Assembly (NCBI GenBank): GCA_963731265.1
Contig: CAVSUE010000001.1
Span: 1,504,001 to 1,568,000 of the forward strand
DNA: 64,000 nt
Reading direction: 5' to 3'
Origin: an uncultured Verrucomicrobiae bacterium
GTDB lineage: Bacteria; Chlamydiota; Chlamydiia; Chlamydiales; Rhabdochlamydiaceae
Shown: in pieces, positions 32,727 through 42,350 of the stretch
Position numbering within the stretch: the first letter of the stretch is position 1
Layout of the letters: the number at the start of each line of letters is the position of its first letter
Translations under genes and position numbers: made by a program
Notes under the pieces: generated by a model
Told to the model about the DNA's origin: nothing
Databases searched by the model: none
What the model saw: the letters and a program-made list of their open reading frames with translations, nothing else

Positions 32727-33275
32727 ATGACCATGAAAATTAATTCAAAAAAAAGCTTTGTTGCTTTTATCACATTATTCACATCTGTGACTGCTGGATC
32801 ACTTTTTGCAAACGGCAAAACTGCTGGTGAAAAAGTGGATCACGTGATTGAAAAGACAGAATCAGCAGCTGAATCAGCAAAGGATAAAATCAAAGAAGTG
32901 GCTGGTGATGCTAAAGAAAAAGGCAAAGAATTAGCTCACGACGCCAAAGAGAAAGCTCATGATGCTAAAGAAAAAGCTAAAGAAGTTGTTAAAAAGGGTG
33001 AAGACAAAGGCAAAGAATTAGCTGATGATGCTAAAGAAAAAGCTAAAAAAGCTGATGAGAAAGGCAAAGAATTGGCTCATGATGCAAAAAAGAAAGCTCA
33101 TGATGCTAAAGACAAAGCTGATGACAAAGCCAAAGAATTGGCCCATGATGCAAAAAAGAAAGCTCATGATGCTAAAGACAAAGCTGATGACAAAGCCAAA
33201 GAATTGGCTCATGATGCAAAAAAGAAAGCCCATGATGCTAAAGAAAAAACTAAAGAAGGAATTGATAAACTGTAG
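32727..33275 (+). CDS. Exported LEA-like/hydrophilin repeat protein
   Basis: Signal peptide and K/A/D/E-rich 11/22-aa repeats (KAKELAHDAKKKAHDAKDKADD). 66-bp tandem DNA repeat at about 33067-33245. Confidence 0.75.
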   Translation: MTMKINSKKSFVAFITLFTSVTAGSLFANGKTAGEKVDHVIEKTESAAESAKDKIKEVAGDAKEKGKELAHDAKEKAHDAKEKAKEVVKKGEDKGKELADDAKEKAKKADEKGKELAHDAKKKAHDAKDKADDKAKELAHDAKKKAHDAKDKADDKAKELAHDAKKKAHDAKEKTKEGIDKL

Positions 33276-33294
33276 TAATAAAGGCATAAAGTAT

Positions 33295-33338
33295 ACCCAA
33301 TTAACTTCAAAAGTTGATTGGGTTTACATTCCTTTTTT
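33295..33338 (+). terminator. Probable terminator
   Basis: ACCCAATTAACTT/AAGTTGATTGGGT stem followed by a T-rich tail. Confidence 0.45.
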
Positions 33339-33468
33339 AAATGCTTAACCATTAAAAAATTTTTGTTAAACAAGTATACCGGACGTGATTCAAGCATGGG
33401 TTCTGGTTGTGCCTGATCAATATTCAAGGCGGCTGCTTTGCCAAAACCCTTCTTTGAATCACGTTCGG

Positions 33469-33508
33469 TATGCTCCTAATGATTGAAAGTTATAGAAAAT
33501 TTCAATTC
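33469..33508. repeat. Family A left-end remnant
   Basis: TTGAAAGTTATAGAAAATTTCAATT identical to the family A left end at about 30443-30467. Confidence 0.6.
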
Positions 33509-33637
33509 TTTGTATTCTAAGCAAATTTGGTATCATAAAAAATTCAGAAAATTCATCGAGTTTGCTTCCATGTTTTTACGTTCTTAGCTAGTAAGAAAAA
33601 AATCGAAAAACGCTTGTCATTCATTTGGTACTACGTG

Positions 33638-33802
33638 TATGAGACTATCCCACTATTCAAAATATTTGCTTTTGTGCCTTTTTTTGCCATATTTTGAAAC
33701 CGCTTCTTGGTCTACATCTTCAAGTATGTCCGGCGAAGCGGTTTCAAAATCTGAAAAAAATCCAACAAAAATCAAACGATTGAATAGTGGGATAGTCTCA
33801 TA
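33638..33802. mobile_element. MITE-like element, family D
   Basis: Perfect 23-bp IR TATGAGACTATCCCACTATTCAA/TTGAATAGTGGGATAGTCTCATA. Inner ATTTTGAAACCGCTTC/GAAGCGGTTTCAAAAT. Confidence 0.8.
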
Positions 33803-34805
33803 GACTCTCCTCGGTTTTGAATGCTATATCTACTACGCCTTGGACTTGAAACATGTCTATAAACTGCCTACACATTTCTAGTCGATCCTCGCCCCCAGCT
33901 GTTGTCAAAAGTAACTGCTGACCGTAAATGGCAATATCTTCTACGATTCTTTCATGCCGATAATAGGCCAAGATAATCCTATTCACTTCGGTCTTTCCAT
34001 ACCCTTTGTAAAAAAAATTTTCCTCTCCTGGATCATTCCAAACATTAGCAACGCCCCCGCCAATGAACATGAGATCTCGTTCCTTGGGAGCCATGATGGG
34101 TTCATCCCAATCCACTATATAAATAGCGCCATTTCCATCTATCAGTACGTTGCCGCCGTGAATATCGGAGTGACACAGCACGTGTTCAGGCCATTGTTCC
34201 TGGATCTTTTGGGCTAGCTGCTCAGCCCGATCCACCAGGCGATGAATTTCCGCTCTGTGTTCCTTCATGAAAGACAGCAGTTTTCGGGCCGTCTCATCAT
34301 CACTTTGGTCACCTTCCATTTGAACATAGAGCGATCGGACGATCTGTCGCCATTTGGGTGAATAGGTTTCCCTCCTAATCCAGCCTTGAACCGAGAGTGG
34401 CACATCAAATTCATGAACTTGTCTCAATACTTTGCCAAGTGTAACCCATTGGCTTTCTGTTAGACTGCAATTAAACGCATCCCGTCCCTCAACAAATGCA
34501 TATAGAATGAGAGTAAAGTCGCCAATATGCTGGGTCGGCCTACCCTGGATTGTTTTCACTGGAGGAATAATCTGTTGAATTCCAGCATCATGCAATAAAT
34601 CCAGTAGGGTAACGCTGATATCATGATGGTGCCCGCGTTTTAGCTTCACGAAATACGATTGCTGATCCTGTGACAGAACTTTGTACACGGATGCATTGGG
34701 ATCCGCGCCTAAAGGAAGGAACCTCAGCCAAGCAACTTTAATGCCGTAATCAGTGGTTAGGCAATCCATGATGCGGTGGGTTGAAAAAAGGAGTTTTTCC
34801 CTCAT
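33798..34805 (-). CDS. Aminoglycoside phosphotransferase family, spectinomycin APH(9)-like
   Basis: FLPLGAD, YFVKLK, LCHSDIHGGN and IVDWDEPIMAPKERDLMFIGGG. Confidence 0.8.
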   Translation of the reverse strand: MREKLLFSTHRIMDCLTTDYGIKVAWLRFLPLGADPNASVYKVLSQDQQSYFVKLKRGHHHDISVTLLDLLHDAGIQQIIPPVKTIQGRPTQHIGDFTLILYAFVEGRDAFNCSLTESQWVTLGKVLRQVHEFDVPLSVQGWIRRETYSPKWRQIVRSLYVQMEGDQSDDETARKLLSFMKEHRAEIHRLVDRAEQLAQKIQEQWPEHVLCHSDIHGGNVLIDGNGAIYIVDWDEPIMAPKERDLMFIGGGVANVWNDPGEENFFYKGYGKTEVNRIILAYYRHERIVEDIAIYGQQLLLTTAGGEDRLEMCRQFIDMFQVQGVVDIAFKTEESL

Positions 34806-35302
34806 AACAAGAGCCCAACAAGTTCGAATTTTTTCTTCTATTTTTTGAATCTTCCAATTGGAGCAAGGCTGGTTGACCATTTCCTAGATTTTCCATCCTA
34901 CTGATCATGAACCTGGGGTTGTTTAAAACACAAGAAGCGTTGAAAAATTCCGGAATCATCTGCTAATAGCCTATGAAAGAAGTTGCAAAATTCCATCTAC
35001 ATTTAAGATTAGACCTCTTCCGAAACCTAATACACAGTTTCAAAAGTTTTTGAAGTAAAAGAACTTTTCTAAATACTACCTCCAACTGATCCCCCTACCC
35101 TCATTGGTTTTCTGCTCTAAAAAAAACAAGTCTTTGCCTGGTTTTCTGCTATTTAGCTCGCTCAAAATTGGAGCTAGAGAAATTTTTTCTGGCATTTATT
35201 TAGGGGGAAAGCTATAACTTAGTCAAATCTTTACCAAATTGCTAGGATGAAAATCTTAAAGACGGAATTTGTGCACATACAAAACGCAGAAAAGGAGCAA
35301 TC

Positions 35303-35749
35303 ATGCTAGTAGAAATTTGCTTAGCTGTTCTTGCCGCAACAGCAATTATATTTGTCGTTGTTCTTATAGCGATATATGCGCTTATCCGACGGTCCCTGCA
35401 CCTTCTTCAAGCAGACATTCATGGTCTTTCCAAAGAAAGCATTCATTTACTTAATGCAATGAATGAATTTGTGCGGGTCGACCTACATGCAGCTTCTAAA
35501 GGAACTTGCCAGTTGCTTAGCAAGTTAAACGATTTGTCATCCGATATAAATGACAAATCCCATTCTTTAAATTTTCTCTTCAAGCCGCTTAACTTTTTGA
35601 GTTCCAAACTGGGCGGAGATACGGCCTCAAGCGAATCTTCGTCTAAAAGCGAAACAATCCCGCGAATTTTTAATTGGGTTGTATCTAGTGCACGTTTGTT
35701 CAATACAGCTAAGGAGTTTATAAAAAACCATGCAAAAAGAACACAATGA
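35303..35749 (+). CDS. DUF948/YtxG-like membrane-anchored protein
   Basis: N-terminal TM plus coiled region, AGGAG RBS, upstream of YtxH-like genes. Confidence 0.55.
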   Translation: MLVEICLAVLAATAIIFVVVLIAIYALIRRSLHLLQADIHGLSKESIHLLNAMNEFVRVDLHAASKGTCQLLSKLNDLSSDINDKSHSLNFLFKPLNFLSSKLGGDTASSESSSKSETIPRIFNWVVSSARLFNTAKEFIKNHAKRTQ

Positions 35750-36032
35750 ATCAACTAAATTATTTTTAGGTTTGTTAATTGGCGGTATTGCAGGAGCTGG
35801 GCTACTATACTGCCTACATGCGGCGCAAAACCGTAAAACGCCTATTCTGCAAAAAATCGGTAAAACGGTTTCAAATGTAGGCGAAATGTTAGAAAACTGT
35901 GACATAAGCTGTGACAGCGACATATTTAAAAGCATCGAGAAGAATATGCCCAAAGGCGGCACAGTCATACAAAATATTATCGACTGGGCAGATGCAGGAC
36001 TAACCCTATGGAAACAATTTAAAAAAGGATAA
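35730..36032 (+). CDS. Hypothetical protein (YtxH-like N-terminus)
   Basis: FLGLLIGGIAGAGLL motif. Overlaps the upstream gene. Confidence 0.55.
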   Translation: MQKEHNESTKLFLGLLIGGIAGAGLLYCLHAAQNRKTPILQKIGKTVSNVGEMLENCDISCDSDIFKSIEKNMPKGGTVIQNIIDWADAGLTLWKQFKKG

Positions 36033-36037
36033 ATTTT

Positions 36038-36277
36038 ATGTACTCAAATCACAGACAAAAAGACTTTTTTTGGGGAGCTCTAGTAGGCGGCGCCATAACT
36101 ACCCTTACAACCTTGCTCTTCACCACGAAGAAAGGAAAGCAGATCCGAGAACAAGTAGCAGAAACGTGCGAAAATTTCCAGGATTCTATAAACGGTGCTT
36201 TGACCGATGCGAAAGATAAACTCGAAGAACCAGTCGAGCAAATCGAGAAAAAATTAGCACATAAGCACAAAAATTGA
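36038..36277 (+). CDS. YtxH-domain protein
   Basis: FFWGALVGGAITTLTTLLFTTKKGKQIRE. Confidence 0.75.
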   Translation: MYSNHRQKDFFWGALVGGAITTLTTLLFTTKKGKQIREQVAETCENFQDSINGALTDAKDKLEEPVEQIEKKLAHKHKN

Positions 36278-36311
36278 AAAACCTGCATAGAGGTTCTAAC
36301 TCGGACTTCTG

Positions 36312-36338
36312 AGAAAGGGGCATAGCCCCTTTCTTTTT
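36312..36338 (+). terminator. Rho-independent terminator
   Basis: AGAAAGGGGC-ata-GCCCCTTTCT followed by a T run. Confidence 0.7.
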
Positions 36339-36593
36339 CTCTCTGCGAAAGCATAACATTCGCGTCAAATCTAGTAAAAATTTCCACTTTGAAAGTTCTG
36401 AATGCGTCTTCACACTATTTATTTTATGTCTCTCTATCTTAAATGGAAATCTCAGGGAGACATCCCTTTGAAAAAAAACTAATACCGGAAGAGTACCGCT
36501 GAATTCTTAATATTTACCGGGTAGGCCGGTGAAAATAGCGCAGATTGAGTTAGAGACTTTCTTCCATCTCATTATTATTGGCGCTTATCCTAT

Positions 36594-37346
36594 TTATTTT
36601 TGGCAGTGGGGACAAAAATAACTAACTCGCATCCATTTTCCAGTTTTCTTTCGGACTATTTTCTTTTGACATTTAGGACAGATCGATTTTCTATAAATCA
36701 TGTAGTGCTTGCGCAATTCAAAGCATTTTCTCCATTCATAAAATTGATGAGAAAATTGTTGAGTAATAGCGATGAGTTTTTTCTGTTCCGCTAGAGAGAG
36801 TGTTCCTAAAACTTGGGTGGGGGGTTTTCCTAATAGGTACAAGACTTCATTTTTGATGATATTACCCACTCCTGCAAAAGTGGTTTGATCTAATAAAATA
36901 TCACCTAGTTCTGAATTTTTATTTTCCTTCATTTTCTTTAACGCTTTTTTACTATCCCATTCAGAAGACATAATATCTATCGACGTATCATAAATTTCAT
37001 GAGCATTGGAAGTTTCTAAATATTTCAAGGAACAGCTATACAAATTAATCTTCCCATTCTTGAAAATAAGCTGTAATCGAGGTGGACGATTTTTTGAAGG
37101 ATAGTCCCCCGTCACTTTTTTCCCCTCAATGATAGCTTCAAAGCTGCCAAATAAGAGAAAATGGATTCGCAAGGCAAATTTATCAAATTGTAAAACAAGA
37201 TGCTTGCCCCAGGAAAAAAGATCGACAATTTCTCTGTTAAATAGCCTTTCTTTTCCTATTTTAGTGTTTCCATTCACCTCAAGGATAATTTTATTCAAAA
37301 AAGGGAGTAACTGTTCAGCTGCTAAAAAAAGGGAAGGTCCTTCCAT
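36594..37346 (-). CDS. Fpg/Nei family DNA glycosylase (endonuclease VIII-like)
   Basis: MEGPSL N-terminus, SWGKHL, LLDQTTFAGVGNIIKNE (H2TH) and CPKC…CPHCQ zinc finger. Confidence 0.88.
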   Translation of the reverse strand: MEGPSLFLAAEQLLPFLNKIILEVNGNTKIGKERLFNREIVDLFSWGKHLVLQFDKFALRIHFLLFGSFEAIIEGKKVTGDYPSKNRPPRLQLIFKNGKINLYSCSLKYLETSNAHEIYDTSIDIMSSEWDSKKALKKMKENKNSELGDILLDQTTFAGVGNIIKNEVLYLLGKPPTQVLGTLSLAEQKKLIAITQQFSHQFYEWRKCFELRKHYMIYRKSICPKCQKKIVRKKTGKWMRVSYFCPHCQK

Positions 37347-37619
37347 CAGATTTTTACCAATGCATTTCAAAATGGGTTTTTTTATAAATTTTCATTGGTG
37401 TATTTCTTAATCAAAACATATTCTTTGGATTTCTCCATTGTATATGACCTGTCGTATAAAATTCCATCTTTCACAAGAGAATATGGGTCTTCCCTGACGA
37501 GAAACCTTTTATTTTCAATGTACAACACCATAGATCCCAAAAAAAAAATTTTACTCCATAAAAATGTGTTTTTAAAAATTTAGTAAAAGTGCAATAGCTT
37601 AGAAAAACTAGAGGGAAAC

Positions 37620-38819
37620 ATGAAAGCCTTAATTTTTAAAGAAAACTATCAGATAAAACTAGAAAAAATTCCAAAACCTGTAATAGAACAGCCTCGTGAT
37701 GCTATTGTTAAGATCAGTTCCACTGCCATTTGTGGCAGTGATTTACATATGTACGACGGGCGTACAAACATGGAAAAAGATACTGTTTTTGGGCACGAGA
37801 TCATGGGAGTTATAGAAGAAATTGGAGATGCTGTTACCAGCCTAAAAAAGGGGGATCGCGTAGTTATGCCCTTTAATATTTCTTGCGGTATGTGTCTCAA
37901 TTGCGCACAAGGGTTAACCTCTGGTTGTTTAATGGTAAATCCCGACGGAGTAGGTGCAGCCTACGGTTATGCAGACATGGGCCCTTTTGATGGAGGGCAA
38001 GCGGAATTTGTCCGCGTTCCTTATGCTGATTTTAATTGCTTAAAACTCCCTGGAAAGCCAGGAGACGCCCTTGAGGACGATTTTCTGCTTCTTTCTGATA
38101 TTTTTCCAACAGGCTATCACGCCTGTGAGCTGGCCAACGTGCAGCCCGGTTCTACTGTTGCCATTTTTGGTGCCGGTCCCGTCGGGCTCCTTGCGGCACA
38201 CAGTGCTTTTCTTCGAGGGGCCGCGGAGGTCTTTGTGGTGGATCAATCCGAACCACGACTAAAAATAGCTAAAAAATTTGGCGCAATTCCCATCAATTTT
38301 TCTAAAGGGGACCCTGCCGAACAGATCTTTAAAATACGGGCAAAAAACCGTTTAGCTCAAGAATCTCTACGTCCCGGGGAAGAAAAATTAAAGGGAGTCA
38401 TGTGCGGAATTGACGCTGTCGGTTATCAAGCAATCTCTCATACTAATAACAAAGAAGATCCCACTGCTGTTCTCAACCAGCTCATTAAAGTAGTGAACCC
38501 CGGCGGCTTCATTGGCGTTGTAGGGGTCTATATGCCAAAAGATCCCAAAGGCAAAACCCCAAAGTTAAAGCAAGGAAAATTGGAACTACCTTTTGGAGAG
38601 CTTTTCAGTAAAGGATTAACAATTGCAACTGGACAGACGCCAGTTAAAAAATACAATGTTTTCCTCCGAGATCTAATTATTGCAGGCAAAGCCCGCCCTA
38701 GCATGATTATCTCCAATCGTATTCCGATTGAAAAAGCGCCCAAAGCTTATCAAAAATTTGATCAGCGCGGCATGGGAAAAGGAAAAGAGGTCACAAAGGT
38801 TGTCATTAAAAATAAGTGA
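37620..38819 (+). CDS. Glutathione-independent formaldehyde dehydrogenase-like Zn-dependent dehydrogenase
   Basis: ICGSDLH, GHE, CGMCLNC…C, GGQAE, LSDIFPTGYH and GAGPVG. Confidence 0.88.
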   Translation: MKALIFKENYQIKLEKIPKPVIEQPRDAIVKISSTAICGSDLHMYDGRTNMEKDTVFGHEIMGVIEEIGDAVTSLKKGDRVVMPFNISCGMCLNCAQGLTSGCLMVNPDGVGAAYGYADMGPFDGGQAEFVRVPYADFNCLKLPGKPGDALEDDFLLLSDIFPTGYHACELANVQPGSTVAIFGAGPVGLLAAHSAFLRGAAEVFVVDQSEPRLKIAKKFGAIPINFSKGDPAEQIFKIRAKNRLAQESLRPGEEKLKGVMCGIDAVGYQAISHTNNKEDPTAVLNQLIKVVNPGGFIGVVGVYMPKDPKGKTPKLKQGKLELPFGELFSKGLTIATGQTPVKKYNVFLRDLIIAGKARPSMIISNRIPIEKAPKAYQKFDQRGMGKGKEVTKVVIKNK

Positions 38820-38833
38820 TAACGTGGCACACT

Positions 38834-39020
38834 TAGTGCCCCGTTGCAAAAATTTTTGGAATAATTTCTGCGTCAAAATGATCTCCCGTGTCATCCGGAA
38901 CTTCGGTTCCGGTATGATCGGAAACCATCTACTGGATGGTTGCAACATTCGGCCGCTTCGCTTCGATTTTGCTTCGTCACGCAGAGCCAAAATTCACACA
39001 ACTTGAGTGGGCGCCGTATA
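38834..39020. mobile_element. Chimeric MITE: family B left end + family C right half
   Basis: 38834-38877 matches 30656-30699. 38883-39020 matches the right half of 58459-58735. Confidence 0.75.
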
Positions 39021-39021
39021 T

Positions 39022-39936
39022 TTATATTTCCTTGGCTATCTCCCTTATCACCTTTTTCGCAGGCTTATCATCTCGCATGCCTTGAAAAATGCCCTGGCGC
39101 ATGATCCCGTCGTTTGTCCATTCTGCAAAGGCGACTTCACATACAAGCTTTGGCTGCAGCCACGTGGTCGGAGCATTCGGTTTAGGGACTATAAGGAAAG
39201 GACATTTCTTGCGTTGCAACTTTACCATTTGCTCATAAATCGTTTTTAAAAGTTTCTCGTTAAAGCCGCCTCCCACATGTCCTGCAAACACAAAGTGATC
39301 TTTTTCGTATACCCCGACCAGCAGGGACCCGAAATATTTACGGGAACCGCGAGGCTGAGTAAATCCGCCTATCACGACTTCTTGCCGCATTTTTGTCTTA
39401 ATTTTGAGCCAGTCTCTACTTCGAGCACATCGGTAGAGACTTTCTTTTCTTTTTGCAATGATCCCTTCCCACCCTTTTTTCTTTGCTTTCTCAAAAAAAC
39501 GCGTCCCAAACTTTTCTATGTGTTCGCTAAAATGTAGATACTTACATTTGCCCTTTTGAAGTAATTTACGAAGGATTTTTCTGCGTTTGATTAATGGTAA
39601 CTGCGTTAAATCGATGTCCTCATACCGCAGGATATCGAATAGATAATAAAAGGCGGTTCCTTTCCCACTCTTTTGAGAATTTTGTAACAATTGGAAATTT
39701 GATCGACCCTTGTCCATAATCACAATTTCTCCATCAAGAATAAAGTCTCCTGGTAATTTTTGGAGTTCTTTCACAATAAGTGGAAAACGGGCATTAAACG
39801 ATTTTTCATTTCGCGAAAGAAGATCGACTTTCTTAAGTTTATAAGCAAGAGCGCGATATCCGTCCCATTTCACTTCAAATATCCACTCTTTATCGTCAAA
39901 AGGCTTCTTTACCAACGTTGCAAGCATGGGCTTCAT
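39022..39936 (-). CDS. ligD: ATP-dependent DNA ligase, LigD ligase domain
   Basis: KPMLA, EVKWDGYR, LDGEI, FDIL, EGIIAK, WLKIK and OB fold. Confidence 0.9.
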   Translation of the reverse strand: MKPMLATLVKKPFDDKEWIFEVKWDGYRALAYKLKKVDLLSRNEKSFNARFPLIVKELQKLPGDFILDGEIVIMDKGRSNFQLLQNSQKSGKGTAFYYLFDILRYEDIDLTQLPLIKRRKILRKLLQKGKCKYLHFSEHIEKFGTRFFEKAKKKGWEGIIAKRKESLYRCARSRDWLKIKTKMRQEVVIGGFTQPRGSRKYFGSLLVGVYEKDHFVFAGHVGGGFNEKLLKTIYEQMVKLQRKKCPFLIVPKPNAPTTWLQPKLVCEVAFAEWTNDGIMRQGIFQGMRDDKPAKKVIREIAKEI

Positions 39937-40730
39937 CAGGCACTCTTACGCCTTTTTGGGTTTGTTGGGTCTTCTTTAAGACTCTTTTTCAGAAGAGACA
40001 AAATATCCTGGACCTTGGAAGATTTCTCAACAGGGGGTTTCTCAACGCTCACCTTTTGTCCCCTAGCTTTCTTCTTGATGATCGCCTTCACTTCATCTGC
40101 ATAAGTATCGGAGTATTTTTCGGGTTTAAAAGGCTCTGTCAATTCATCGATTAATTTTAGCGCCAGGTTAAGCTCGGTTTTTGAAACCTGAGAGTGTGAA
40201 ATTTTGAGTTCTTGTAAACTTCTAATCTGGTTGTGATAACGCAATTGATGCAAAACGAGGATATTTTTATGCACTCGAATGACCCCAATATGCTCATGAT
40301 TATGGAAAACAAAACGCCCTACGGCAATTTTTTTTGCCTGCTTCAATGCTTGATAAAGAAGTGAATAGGCATTACTTGCTCCTTTATCCGGCTCTAGATA
40401 ATAGGGGGTATCGTAATAAATGGTGTCGATCTTATTTTCATGCGTAAAATCTAAAATCTCAATTGTTCGCGTCTTTTGAACATTTGCCCTTTCAAAATCC
40501 TCCTGGGTTAACACCACGTAGGTGCCATTTTCCGTCTCGTATCCTTTTACGAGATCCTCCCACGGAATTTCTTTGCCGTCCACTTTACAAATGCGCGCAT
40601 ACCGAATTTCGGCCAAGTCTTTTTTATGCAGCAATTTGAAGCTCAAATCTCGCTCTGCACTGGCGGAATACATCCGTACTGGGATATGAACCAGTCCAAA
40701 ACTTAAAGCTCCTTTCCACAGTGAACGCAT
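39936..40730 (-). CDS. ku: NHEJ Ku protein
   Basis: MRSLWKGALSFGLVHIPVRMYSA, LVKGYE and PYYLEP. Confidence 0.95.
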   Translation of the reverse strand: MRSLWKGALSFGLVHIPVRMYSASAERDLSFKLLHKKDLAEIRYARICKVDGKEIPWEDLVKGYETENGTYVVLTQEDFERANVQKTRTIEILDFTHENKIDTIYYDTPYYLEPDKGASNAYSLLYQALKQAKKIAVGRFVFHNHEHIGVIRVHKNILVLHQLRYHNQIRSLQELKISHSQVSKTELNLALKLIDELTEPFKPEKYSDTYADEVKAIIKKKARGQKVSVEKPPVEKSSKVQDILSLLKKSLKEDPTNPKRRKSA

Positions 40731-40852
40731 AACAGCCTTCCTTTATATAATTGTAGTGATACCAATCTCGAAATAAATTCTCTATTTTTAAATCTAATTT
40801 TTTTATACAATTCAAAATAAATATATGGTAACCCTACAAAGAAGAGGAAAAC

Positions 40853-42244
40853 ATGAAACTTTTTAAGTACAAGGCAAAAAGAAATCTCAAATCTTCCAAC
40901 GAACCACTTCCTGTCATTAAAAAGAAGAGAAGCGTTTCTCTAGCATTCGTTATCCAAGAACACAATGCAAGCCATTTACATTATGACCTACGCCTAGAAC
41001 TGGAAGGGGTATTAAAAAGTTGGGCCATCCCTAAGCAGCCTTCCATGAATCCTAACATTAAGCGTTTGGCCATCATGGTTGAAGATCATCCTTATACCTA
41101 TAAGGATTTTGAAGGAACTATTCCCTTTGGTTATGGAGCTGGCACAGTCAAAATTTGGGACCATGGCACCTATTGTGTCGATGATCTAGATGCCAAAGAG
41201 TCGGAGAAAAAAATAAAAGAAGGCTTAAAAAAAGGCTCTTTTCATTTTTCCCTTTATGGCAAAAAACTAAAAGGGATTTTTCACTTGGTTCGCTTAAAAA
41301 AAGCAGACAAAGAGCAGTGGCTTCTCATCAAAAAGCAAGAAGAAAAAATAGCTTTACAGAAAGAAATTAAACACAAACTTCTCACGAATCTCGACAAGAT
41401 TTTTTGGCCCAAGGAAGAGATCACCAAAGGAGACCTTCTTCGGTATTACGAGAAAATTTCCTTTTGGATGCTTCCCCATCTTAAAGACCGTCCAGTCTCA
41501 CTAAAACGCTTTCCAAATGGCATCGAGGGCGTTTCTTTTTTCCAAAAAGATTTCAAAAATCCCCCCGAATGGGTGGAAACAACCGCGATTGATCATGAAA
41601 AGAAAAAGGTGCACTACTTATTGATTAACAACGAAGAAAGTCTTCTGTATGCCGCCAATTTAGGAAGTATTGAAATTCATCCTTTCCTATCCTGCTCTCC
41701 AAAACTAAGTTTCCCTAATTTTTTGATTTTTGATTTAGATCCTAAAACCGCGTCTTTTACTCAAGTAATTAAAGTGGCGCAAACTCTGCACAAGGTTTTG
41801 GAGGAAATTGAAGTTCCCAGTTTCTGCAAAACATCGGGTGCTACAGGACTGCATATCACTATTCCCCTCGGGGCCAAATACAATTTCGACCTAGCGAAGC
41901 ACTTTGCCGAACTTATCGCCACCATTGTCAATCAGCGTCTTCCAAAAATTACAACCTTGGAACGCTCTCTTTCTAAAAGGCGAGGTAAAGTCTATATCGA
42001 CTGCTACCAAAATAATTATGCTCAAACCGTAGCAGCTCCCTATACTGTAAGGGCTCGACCGGGCGCCCCGGTTTCTACCCCTCTTAAATGGAGTGAAATA
42101 AAAAAAGGCTTAAACCCGAAGAATTACACCATCAAAACCACACCGGCCCGCCTCAAAAAAATGGGAGATCTATATTCTCCCGTCCTTGGAAAAGGGATTG
42201 ATTTACGCGCTGCTCTTCATAATATCTCAAAAATTGGGTCATAA
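40853..42244 (+). CDS. ligD: LigD 3'-phosphoesterase + primase-polymerase domains (no ligase domain)
   Basis: PE: FVIQEHNASHLHYDLRLE..SWAIPK..VEDHP. POL: LTNLDKIFWP, KRFPNG, FFQK, FDLDP, KTSGATGLH, APYTVRARPGAPVSTPL. Confidence 0.9.
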   Translation: MKLFKYKAKRNLKSSNEPLPVIKKKRSVSLAFVIQEHNASHLHYDLRLELEGVLKSWAIPKQPSMNPNIKRLAIMVEDHPYTYKDFEGTIPFGYGAGTVKIWDHGTYCVDDLDAKESEKKIKEGLKKGSFHFSLYGKKLKGIFHLVRLKKADKEQWLLIKKQEEKIALQKEIKHKLLTNLDKIFWPKEEITKGDLLRYYEKISFWMLPHLKDRPVSLKRFPNGIEGVSFFQKDFKNPPEWVETTAIDHEKKKVHYLLINNEESLLYAANLGSIEIHPFLSCSPKLSFPNFLIFDLDPKTASFTQVIKVAQTLHKVLEEIEVPSFCKTSGATGLHITIPLGAKYNFDLAKHFAELIATIVNQRLPKITTLERSLSKRRGKVYIDCYQNNYAQTVAAPYTVRARPGAPVSTPLKWSEIKKGLNPKNYTIKTTPARLKKMGDLYSPVLGKGIDLRAALHNISKIGS

Positions 42245-42350
42245 AACAAAAACTCATCTGTGAATAATTTTTCGAGTAAATCTCAATTTTTTCCCATTGA
42301 AAGTTCTGAATCAGTGAATACGTCCGGGAAGGTCGTCTTGACGGTGTTGA

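Noticed and set aside
32900..33250. Tandem repeats resembling a CRISPR array (also 54890-54940 and 59060-59130)
   Set aside because: They are in-frame coding repeats with no unique spacers, and no cas genes are present.
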